DNA of 63,987 nucleotides, filler included, from Catajapyx aquilonaris (lineage: Eukaryota): NCBI GenBank assembly GCA_000934665.2. It is 3 parts of 3 records of this genome, joined end to end, with 100 filler letters (N's around TTAATTAATTAA, not from the genome) between each part and the next. Parts side by side here need not be neighbours in the genome. Positions count along the whole stretch, not along the records: positions 21,635 to 43,140 come from KZ539459.1; positions 43,241 to 63,987 come from JYFJ02006200.1; 1 more part is not named here. One strand, 5' to 3'. Shown here in pieces: positions 38,230 to 49,237 of this stretch. The first letter of the stretch is position 1. Each line of letters begins with the position of its first letter. The position numbers were made by a program, and so were the translations under genes. Below the pieces are notes generated by a model that saw nothing but the letters and a program-made list of their open reading frames with translations, was not told the DNA's origin and made no database searches.

Positions 38230-38589
38230 CTGTGAGGGATGTGGCCAAAATATACTGCAATTGAAATGAACTTCATAAGCTTATTGTTACCTTACATGAC
38301 TTTCATTCGCTATTTTTTAAAAAAAGCTGTGACTCACCTGTTCCTTGTAACTAATTCACTACCATGTCACAGAAAAGGAACTGTGATAATATTATTGTTT
38401 CTCTGTCCAAGTTCTAGATATTGTAGCAGCACTTTGAGCTTGCCACGAGTTGTGGTTGCAGGGATATCAGGCCAGGTGATTGGAAGACAAGGAATAACCC
38501 ATGTATTCAATGTCAGAGCCAACTGTCAACTGTTTGTTTACTACTTGACATGACGACATGGGGAAAGGTCATTGCTATGTTTCAATATA

Positions 38590-38980
38590 CAGGGTGGTCC
38601 AACAAGTGTCATTTTATAACGGCTATTAATAGAAGTGCTTTACGCTTATCGTAGCAGCCACGTGTAAAATGGCCCACTTCGGCGCCATTGAAAATATTAG
38701 CTGTGTTTTGTTTGCAGGCTTCCCCTTTGCATTACAGGTCCATGGTCCATCTGGTGCCTTGGACGTCACCTATTTCACCCAGGCGCATCGCAGGTCATGT
38801 GTGCACCTCCTTTTTTCCAGGTCAACCCAGCAGCAGGGTTGATTGCATGCGTGCTGCTATTGGCAGCTAATATTTTCGATGGCGCCGAAGTAGGACATTT
38901 TACACGTCGCTGCTACGTCATCGCAAAATCACAGCTATTAATCGCCGTTATAAAACGACACTTGAAGTTGGACGACCCTG
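38590..38980. mobile_element. Tc1-type MITE with ~110-bp TIRs
   Basis: TA|CAGGGTGGTCCAAC..CTTCGGCGCCATTGAAAATATTAGCTG / CAGCTAATATTTTCGATGGCGCCGAAG..GTTGGACGACCCTG|TA. Confidence 0.85.
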
Positions 38981-40101
38981 TATACAAAATTATCACATAT
39001 ATATTGCAGCATGATGGTATAAAACAGCATTGAGCCGAGGGCCAGTATAATACAAGGAAGCCGGCCAGTATAAAATGGGATAACTACTGTGATTTCCTCC
39101 TTTGCCTCAAAATTATCCAAAATAAATTAATAAGCAACAAGGCCCCATAATGGCTTTATTGCTTCACATGCAACAAAATTCTGCAATTTTTTGCAGCTCT
39201 TGTATGATTGACATGGCTTTAACCACCATAAAGGTTAAAGCAGCCATCCTTCAAGAACCAGACAAATCATTAAATCATGCTGGTTTAAATGGGACTAGGC
39301 TGCAATAACATCAGCACAAGATTTTGGGTATGAGCTCTAAATTATAGCTTGTGAGTAGGATGTTTTTACCTCCCCAAATTGATATGCTACCCAAATAACC
39401 ATTTAATTTTTTTTAACTCATCATTTTTACGGGTATGTTGATCAATCAATGTGCTACTAAGATTGTGCAGCCACCAACATGATGTTCATGACACCATGTT
39501 GACTGACTACACCTTATAGAACAGGGTCTTTATCATGAAAACTGCAAAGTGATTTACAAGATAATGCCAATAAATTCATGACTGGGGGACACAGTTGAGA
39601 GGGGATCAATTATCTGCTTTAGGTTATTCTCCAACTCAACGTTTCTACTTGACTTATTTTTTGGAGGCATAATCTACAGAATCCTTGCTTTGTACTGGCA
39701 TATCCCATCTTATATTGGTATGCATTTTCTAGCATTTGATCATCCCTGATTTTACCACCATACAGCTTTATACTTGGTAAAACAGCTATTTGTTTTTCAT
39801 GGAGTGGTCCCTACCTTTGTCATCATCCTCGTGATCTTTAATACAGCAATTATTGCATGGTAACTGATATGCGAAAAATATGCGAAAATTACCTCCCCTC
39901 CCCCCTGCCTCGCCCTGTAAGGGACAAATTTGAAGGTGCTACGGGCCAAATCCATCTATTTGGTCCAAAGACCAAACGTGCAAAATCTCTTGCTTGAATC
40001 ATCAATGCGGTATTCTTCCCACATTTTCATCGTACCACGGGCACTATAAGGGCCTTTGGTGAGTTACAGTGGTAGTGAAGAGAACATTGTGGTAACAAGT
40101 A

Positions 40102-40242
40102 CTATCAGTCCACCAAGAATTGTCGCAGCGGCAGCGCATGAACTACAGTTGCGGACACTTCCGGGGGGAGAAGTCAATGGAGAAGTGCTCGTAGACTGTA
40201 GTTCGTGCGCTGCTGCTGCGACAATTCTTGGTGGACTGATAG
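40102..40242. mobile_element. Small hairpin MITE (TA|CTAT..ATAG|TA)
   Basis: ~49-bp near-perfect arms CTATCAGTCCACCAAGAATTGTCGCAGC..ACTACAGT. Confidence 0.8.
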
Positions 40243-40944
40243 TAGTGTACAATGGTAGATCAATATGAGACTTTTATCCTATCTTGCGACAAGTTTCACA
40301 CCTTGCTATGAACCAGAAGGAAAACTCTAAGGCATACTCTTTTTTGCCTTCAAAATTTATCCACATACGATCGTGTACTTAAAAATCGTATAAACCATGA
40401 GTCACCAGTGCACATGGCATGTATAGATCACTGATGTGCTTAATTTTTTACAGCACCAAAAATGAAACACTTAAATCCTTGGATCCAATCAAAGCATACA
40501 TTGTAAGAATGCCAGGCAAAATCCCAAGCAATAAAATTATATTAAATGAAATAAAATATTTGCATTCAAAGCAGGAGAATTCATGCCAGGCAAAATTATT
40601 GAAAAACTGTTCACCTGTTCCTGTGGAATCAAATTTTCCACACACTTTATAATGTTATCACCTACAAAACAAGTTGTGGACCTCCTTCATGTCATTGCCT
40701 TCAACATCATCCAACACATTAAAAATAACCTCCTGACACGGCACCTGAGACTGTTACCTCTTTCTGCCTAGTGCCTCACCATCAACAACGTTAACTTAAA
40801 CTTAATTCTGTTTATATACAGTAGGGTATGAGGTAATGTGGCATTACCTACACATAGTAGTGGGTACTCAGAGCAGCACGAGAATAATAAGACACAAATT
40901 CCATGAACGAAACCAATAAGTATGGAGTACATATTCCATTAATA

Positions 40945-41654
40945 CTTGGTCATCGAAAAAGAATGTCCCATTTTTCAAACCCTATAACTCGAAAACTTGT
41001 AGACATATCTATATGATTTAAGTTTTGAAATGTTAAGATATGTCTGAAGGTTTGGTCTTACAATAGTTTGTTTCAATATGAGCTCCATTTGTCTCTCAAA
41101 AAATGTAAATAAGGTAATTGGTGTCGTGCCTAACCCGCTCAGACATGTCTATCGTCAACTTTGAAATCTTTTCCCATAGGTGCTGGAGATGCCAAATCTG
41201 TTCACCATACATGCATCTCCACAAAAAAGTCAATTGGGGTAAAATCTGGGCTTCTGGAGGGGATAGGCATTGGTAAACTTCTCATTGAAGACTTCTCACA
41301 CTGGTAGGCTGAACAAATGAATATTTTCTACGGCAGGTTTATTTCATGGATGAGGTGACTTTTTTATTTGAATCATCAAGAACAATGTCTGTGGTGTAAA
41401 TATCAGAGATATCCAGCACATACGGGACAGGATTGCAACGGTAACTGCAAATGTCATTGAGCCGGTTGGGCCCGAAAGATATACTGCCTTTTTTATCTGC
41501 CAAGCAACAAATGAAGCACATATCGAAACAAACTAAGCTGAAACCAAAACTTTAGACCTTCCTCAGTATTTCAAAACTTAAATCATTCACATATGGCTGC
41601 AAGTTTTCTAGTTATAGGGTTTTTTTAGTGGGACATTCTTTTCCAATGACCCTG
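40945..41654 (-). mobile_element. Internally deleted Tc1/mariner-superfamily element
   Basis: Long imperfect TIRs (GGTCATCGAAAAAGAATGTCCCA..ACCCTATAACT / AGTTATAGGGT..TGGGACATTCTTTTCCAATGACC); minus-strand remnant PSRSPDFTPIDFF. Confidence 0.75.
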
Positions 41655-42191
41655 TATTTAATGTCACACTGACCACTGGCTCATGTATGATTCTAGCACA
41701 ATAACATGCAAAAAAAATTATTACAAATGATGTATTGGGAATTGCTTTCTTGCACTATATGTGGTTCTCTATCAAATAGAAAATTTGCATCAACACTGAA
41801 TTAAAACAGGTCTTGATTCTACGTATATAACTCCTGCCAATTCTCTTTGCTCAAAAAAAACCCTGCAATACTTTCTGGCAGAAAAAGACAAGCTTGTGAA
41901 AAAAAAAAATCAGCAGTCAATGAATTGTCTAAATATTGATACATAAGTGACTGCATTATCAAAACCACCACACAAGTTGCAATGTCAATGATTAGAGAAT
42001 GGCTGAACAAATCATTCAGAACGGCAATGAGGCGAGTCAGTGCGGGGTAGTCACAAGGATGTCATAGGTATTCTGGATCCAAATTAAGGCAGATCCCACC
42101 CACTACCTTACCTGAAATCCACCCACTCTGGAAAACCCAACATGATAACCCAGTCCCCTGCAACTACCTATCTAGCCATATGTGGAAGGCT

Positions 42192-42532
42192 GTACGCTTA
42201 GCGAGTCCCCTATCCCCGGATGTGGAGCCCTGTACCAAATTGCATTCAGGTGGACGACTTCTGAACCATACTGCACTTATCTAAGGAGTCAAATCCCATT
42301 CAGTTCCAGTTTGCTAATACACAGCGACAGCCACCAGAATGCGATTTGGACCGGTCCAAATCGCATTCGGGTGGCTGGTACTCTGGATCTGCAAACAAGG
42401 GCTGAATGGGAATTCACAATTAGGTAGGTTCAGTACGGTTCAGAAGTCATCCACCCGAATGCGATTTGGTACAGGGCTCCACATCCAGGTATGAGGGACT
42501 CCACATCCGGGGATAGGGGACTTGCTAAGTGC
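42192..42532. repeat. ~340-bp palindrome with a loopless centre
   Basis: Centre GAATGCGATTTGGACCGGTCCAAATCGCATTC (axis 42352/42353); arms pair out to AGTCCCCTATCCCCGGATGTGGAG / CTCCACATCCGGGGATAGGGGACT. Confidence 0.85.
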
Positions 42533-42690
42533 ACGCAAAAAGATAGGGAGTTGTGGGGGGCTGTGATAACCTAAGGGGAAACATGCTCACCTATGGATGT
42601 GGAGATGTCCTACCTTGCATGTGATAATTTCCAAGGTACCTCATGTTAAATGTGGTCAAATGCATGGCATGACAACTGGTCTTGGCAAAC

Positions 42691-42947
42691 CAACTGAAGA
42701 GTCCAGGGGAAAAAGGGGGAATGTCAAATTCCATTGGGGTTTCTGTCAAGTGCACAGTGTAATAGTAGCGTAGGTGACACTTATACCTGGAGGATTTCCA
42801 TGGGTACAAGGGAGACAGTTGCATATAATGACGTGAAGATATCCCTATTATTCTTTAGACACGTGAAGAAATAAAGCAATTTCTTCGATTTTTCATGAAC
42901 ATTTTTTGTGTGACATTTCCCCATTTTCCCCTGGACTCTTCAACTGG
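42691..42947. mobile_element. MITE with ~35-bp TIRs
   Basis: TGAAGAGTCCAGGGGAAAAAGGGGGAATGTCA / TGACATTTCCCCATTTTCCCCTGGACTCTTCA. Confidence 0.6.
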
Positions 42948-43140
42948 ATTGTCTGGACAGGATGATATTCAGATAAGGCAGAGGGTGGCCTTTTAAAGAT
43001 GGATCCATAATATGCAGCTCAATTTTCCATTCGTATTTTCATATTAGAAAAACCTCACTACATTCCACAAGAGGAGTAACTAATACTTGCTCTGATCTGA
43101 AAATATTGGGACACCCCCAAAAAATGGAGTGGTGGGGTTA

Positions 43141-43240
43141 NNNNNNNNNNNNNNNNNNNNNNNNNNNNNNNNNNNNNNNNNNNNTTAATTAATTAANNNN
43201 NNNNNNNNNNNNNNNNNNNNNNNNNNNNNNNNNNNNNNNN
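43141..43240. other. Artificial scaffold-joining spacer (N44 TTAATTAATTAA N44)
   Basis: Same 100-bp structure as 21535-21634. Confidence 0.95.
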
Positions 43241-44124
43241 GGGGGGGGTGGTTCAAGGTCACATGAGGTTAGGTGAGATGTGGGAGATTTGAATGGGTGT
43301 GTATTTGATGAAATTGGTAGCACTTTTTCCAAAAAATCATGAATAAGTAATTTATCATGCTATTTCAAACTGTCCTGTATATTGTCGTGGTCCTGACAAA
43401 ATTGCATCGCGGTCCGCCAGTTGAATAGCCCTGAACTAGAGGCTGCTATACTCTTCCATAATCGCCAGGGTCCACCAAGGTTGGTAGGGACATGTGCCAA
43501 TGTGCACCAAACAAAATGTGCCATCGTGCCCTGAAGGCATTTTAAAACTTTTCTCGTCCTCCTGCTCTTGAGTGACAAATGTTAAATGGCTATTTATGCT
43601 GTCATTTTATAGGCAGATATTCTGCCTTGCAAACGCATTGTTGGGCTGGGTGATCTAGCACTTCCGTTGGAAGAAGAAAAAAAAACTAATGAGAAATTGA
43701 AATTTACTCAAATGGTCAAATATCGAAAGAAACGGTCCTGCCGCCGACAGTCTTTTGCGATTGAATTGAAAATAGGATGTAATGTGGAGCATGTCTATCT
43801 GCACCTACCACATAAGCATCATGTCCGTGAACCTAATAGTCTCTCCAAAATTTTGGCTGTGCCATCGTACCCCTGTAGCCATCGTGCCCCGGTCTCCCCT
43901 ACATGAGATGATATCTTTCTGCCCATCTCATTGTGACAAAGCGGGTTAATTTTTCAATCCTATAGTGTATTAATAAATGAAATATTAAATTGCATAATTT
44001 GCACAAATTATACATCCCAGCAGTGAAGGCAAAAAATTGATAAGGATTTCAATTTTCCCTGACCCATTTATAGTTTCATGTCCCATTACATATTATCTGA
44101 TAAAGAGTAAGAACAAAGCGTCAC

Positions 44125-47100
44125 CTCTCTTTCTCAGCAGCTTCCTCTTCATCTGATGCAAACTTCTTCCATTTATAAGTAACGCTTACATTGCTCTCAT
44201 TGTAAATGGACAAAGATGCTTTGTTACAGAGACCAAGGTAAGTTGGTGGTATGTTAACACTGTTAACTTCCAAACGTATTGCTGCATTAATTGCCTGTCC
44301 ATGAAGACCAATCTCCACTTGCTCACCTAAAAAACCAAGATGTTCTACCAGTAAACAAACTGATCACAAGTATCATATATAAAAATAATATGAAAAAGAC
44401 ATAATTAATACAATGCTTTACACATAACAATTTTACAAATATTTGTCAAGAAGACGATTCAAAAGATGGTCTTACAGTTTTTCCTCAGCCTTCTCACTTA
44501 AGACAGTAGCCTCTGCTTAATTGAACTACAGATTACCCATTACATTATGAAGAAAAAATGCTGTTTGTCATATAAGTTCCCCATTTTCATAGCTACTTCT
44601 TGTGCAGTAAGGACTGAATAGACTCATGAAACTCATTGCTCAGCCTCAAATTTGACACATTTAGCCTGGAATTCATTTCAAAGACCATTGGAGAGTTTAC
44701 TCCTTCATTACAGATGCAGCCAATCCCTGAAATATTGTGCTCTCTGTATTTTGTCAGTAACGTTTTATTGAGTGAAAAAGACAAATGATTTAGTGTTTTG
44801 TGGTGGTAATGTCAGCCTGTAAGAGCCTGACAGCTCAGCAGGCATAAAATATCTATCTATCTATCTACAAGTATTTATTACTGCACCAGCTCAATCTTAT
44901 TGACCACTCTGGTACCTGCATGGAGCTTTGCACATGACTCGTGTGCACAAGGGGAGTGTCGCTTCATCACAGTGCTATGTTATAATAATAATGAAAATAA
45001 TGGATACCCCGTGATAGGCCTCCTAGGGCCTTTGAGGGGATCATCTTTTATTCAATCATCTTTAAACATTGCCTGTCGTGTGATGGATTTTGATTGTGGG
45101 AGGAAATGGAAGAACCACGAGAAAACTCACGTGAACACGGAGACAACCCATCGGAACTCGATCCACATAAATATCCTCTGTTCAACCCGGGGCCAGGGAT
45201 CGAACTCGGGACCTCAGAGGTGGAAAGGCTGTGGCACTAACCCCACTAGCCCACCGTGTCATCAATAGTGACACCCCCCNCCACACACACACACACACAC
45301 ACAGCCCTGTGGTCCTATACCTATGGGGACTTGGGAAACACACCTTTTTCGACGCGAGTGTAAACTAAACTAACCTTACCTAACCTACCCTAACTAACCT
45401 AGGCTGAGATAAATGGACTTTTGTAAAACAGTGCTATACATAACTGTGAGGATGCGTCCCCACAGTAATAGTGCCAAATACTGTGTGTATTGCTGTGGGA
45501 ACAGAGAAATGTCAACAGAGTCAGGTCCTGTCCCCAGAGTTACGGTAAAAACACCGATTTTGGTCCCCAGAGCTACTGGACCACAGGAACACAAACACAC
45601 ACACAAATGAAGATCATGGAAATCAGCAATTAGAAGATAACAGTTTAAGTATCAATAAATAAGACACATACCAGTATCATAGGTGAGCACCAAGGTTCCT
45701 GTATATGAGCCAACCTTTTCAGCCATAAATTGGACATTGATTTGCATTGCATGATCAACCTCCAGGATGCCCTTCACTGGGTTTACTGAGAATGGACTGT
45801 AAAGTAAATTTCAGCTCAATTAATATTCTTATTAGACCAGCACATGTTAGGTCTACCTAAGGGGAAAGTAATGTCACCAAACCTATTTTGCTGTAACATA
45901 CATTGTACTGCCAATTATCCACACACTAATTATTATTATCCATGCATCTCCAAAAAAGAGGATAAAAATGAAAGTCTGTATGATATGAGGCGCTCATAGT
46001 CCGGGCCCTAAGCACAAAAATCAGGCCTAACCTGGCACTTTGTGATAAGAAGGTGCCACTTGGCACATATGTTCCTTAGACCTATAGGAGCAATTCCAGA
46101 GTTGCAGGCAACTGATCGGCCCCTTAGGTCACGAGTTATGCGGTGTTTCCAACATGACCGGGGATGACCTGAGCGTTTTTAATGTTGCATTTTGTGATAA
46201 GAAGGTACTGCTTGGCACATACGAGGGTCGTCCAATAAGTTCTGAGCCTAAGGTATATAGCGTGGGCTGATAATGATGTCCTTCCACCTGAAGGTAGTGA
46301 CACTCATTAGAGCAACAACCCCCAAACTTCACCCCGATTGCATCATTCTATCAGGAGATACTGGCACTTGCAGGCGTGAAAGTGCGGATTAGTCTCCGAC
46401 ATTGACAAAATCGAGCTGCGAGCGGTGATCAAATACTTCCAGAAAAAGGGGATGACTCCTAAGAAGATTCACGAGGACATGAGGGAAACACTGTTTGACG
46501 AAGCTCCTTCACATGCCACTGTCAAAAGGTGGGCACGGGATTTCAAAATGGGTCGGGAGAGTGTGGAAGATGACCCCCGCTCGGGCCGCGCAGCAACGGC
46601 AACCCCTGCGGAGAACGTAAACCGCATCCATGACATGGTCGTGGCAGACGGCCGACTCACCTCAGGGAGATAGCCACGGCGATGGCCATCTCGCGAGGTA
46701 CTGTGAATTCAACCCCAACGGACACATTGGGGATGCACAAGCTGTCGGCCAGATGGGTAACCCGCGACTTGACGCCTGATCAGAAGTGGATCCGTGTGAC
46801 ACATTCACAGGCGCCATTGGAGGAGTATCGGAGGGACCATGACACTTTTTGGCTCGTTACGTAACACGAGATGAGACCTGGCTCCATCATTATTCTCCTG
46901 AAACCTCCGTGGGACGCACTTCTCCAGTGACAATGAGGTGATAAGTGCAATGTATGAGTGGTTGGGTGGGGTCGAGGAAGATTTTTTTTACACGGAATAC
47001 AGAGGTTGGAGCACCGGTGGGACAAATGCATGCTGGTTCAAGGTGACTATGTCGAAAAGTCTTAATAAAATTTTGACCATCAAACATGTCCTTCAACATC

Positions 47101-49163
47101 AGGCTCAAAACTTATTGGACGACCCTCGTATGTTACCTAAGTCTGTAGGAGTCGTTTGAGAGATGGCGGCACTTGATCGGCTCCGTAGGTCAGGAGTTAT
47201 GCGGTGTTGCCAATCTGGTCCTGGACCTAAGCGTATTGAACCATTTTTAACTTTGCATTTTGGGATAAGAAGGTGCCACTTGGTACCTATGTTCCTTAGG
47301 CCTATAGGAGCAATTTCAGAGTTGGAGGCAACTTATCGGCCCCTTAGGCCAGTGGTCCCCAACCCCCGGGCCGCGGACCGGTACCGGTCCGTGGATCAAA
47401 TGGTACCGGGCCGCCCAATTATTTCCATTTCATTTTTTTTCTACATTTATCGATATATCGTCTGATCTGGGGTCGTGGTACGGTATTTCTGGCCTTTGCA
47501 GGGTATTTCCAACGCTATACCCCTAGATGGAACTGTCTCGTTGCAAAGAAACAAGCTCAGGTTCTCATTGAGTTTGCGCTCTAGTGAGGTGACATGTTCA
47601 ATCACTTTATATTCATTTTTTGGTGTAACTATATTTTATTTTGAAGCCATGTTTAAATACAATAAAATGAAAATTATTAAATCAAAACAATCTATACCCC
47701 CCCCCCCCTCAGCGGGCCGTGGTAAAATTATCAAACGTTGACCGGTCCGGGGCGATAAAAAGGTTGGAGACCACTGCCTTAGGCCACAAGTTATGCGGTG
47801 TTGCCAACCTGATCAGGGAACTAAGCATAACCGCATAACTCGTGACCTAAGCGGCCGATCAGGTGCCACCAACTCTCAAATGGATCCTCTAGGCCTGGGG
47901 AACATGATTGCCAAAATCCCAATATGCAAAGATAAAAATGGTTCAAAACGCTTAGGTCCAGGACCAGGTTGGCAACACTGCATAACTCCTGACCTAAGTA
48001 GCCGATCAAGTGCCGCCATCTCTCAAACAACTCCTACAGACCTAGGGAACATATGTGCCAAGCGGTACCTTCTTATCACAAAATGCAAAGTTAAAAACGC
48101 TCAGGTCATCCCCGGCCAGGGCAAGGACCAAGGCAAGGGAGCGGAGGCCCTTGAACTGACTTTTGCTTCTTAGAAGCTGGCGGAACGGATGTGACGTCAC
48201 GAAACTTTGACGGCACCGTAAGCATTAACTGTGCAATGGAGCCCAAAACTAATTGCATATCCCTATATTAGTTTTACAACTACTATAAGTCTACCTGGTG
48301 ATTTGGCGCGAGTGTCCCTTCACCCTGTATACACATGCAATCTATGCATCATATAACAAACACACTTGCCGCTTCGGTTGGGATATCCATGCTTCCCGGA
48401 ACGTGGGCATGATCAACGATTTGCTTTCTTCACTTTTTAAAATGTAACAATTTTATCGCTTTTCATAGCGGCTGTTGTAGAAATTCCTTATTCATAGCTC
48501 CAACTTTGTATCAGCAGGCAAAATTTTCCTTTGTCAAGCCAATTATGAGCTATGCTATGTCCAATATTGCTCGATTTGAATAAATATATTCAAGCGATGG
48601 CGTTGTGTCCCCCTAGAAGGGCCCTGCCCTCCAATGGGGTAAAATAAATAAAAAAATAAAATAAAATAAAAATATTGCTCGATTTGGACTCAGGGGTACC
48701 TAGCTCCATACCCCCATGTAGCACCCCCTGGGGGTACCCCTGGTTGGGACCCCCTGATGTAGACAATAATTTACACAGTGGTTATTTCTTTGTTTGCTAC
48801 ATTGCTGACAACACCTTTTTTATAGAACTGTCAAAATGGTTGGTTGGTATGTTTGTGTTTTAAGATTAATATGCACCTCTTTGCAGTAAGAGTGAAGCGT
48901 CCCACATTGGTTCCAATATTCCTCACATACAGGGTAGTGACATTGCTGAACTTGACTGCTACTTCAGGTATATGCACATCATTTGGAAAGTCCAAAACTG
49001 CACGAGCAGCAAGAGCTAGAAAAGCACAGTTACTCTGTCAATATTGAATCAAACTGAGCCATTAAAATCTGCGTTATTTCTTAATTTGTCAAAATTGCCA
49101 TACATCTCCATTGTACGAGGGTCATACTAAAGTGATTTACAATTTATTCTTTTGCCACAAATG

Positions 49164-49237
<74 letters not shown>

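Larger units (their letters stand above)
46030..48118. mobile_element. Foldback element built from internal subrepeats, hosting mariner and hAT insertions
   Basis: With the insertions removed, 46156-46221 + 47131-47250 is the reverse complement of ~47933-48118. The unit GATAAGAAGGT..CTTGG recurs at ~46044, 46196 and 47264. Axis near 47812. Confidence 0.75.

Noticed and set aside
38338..43140. Further RalGPS exons (e.g. 38338-38350, 40614-40660)
   Set aside because: Splice-like signals exist, but the peptides show no recognisable RalGPS motifs.
45361..45403. Interstitial insect telomeric (TTAGG)n repeat or telomerase RNA template
   Set aside because: Short, degenerate and internal to a TIR element.
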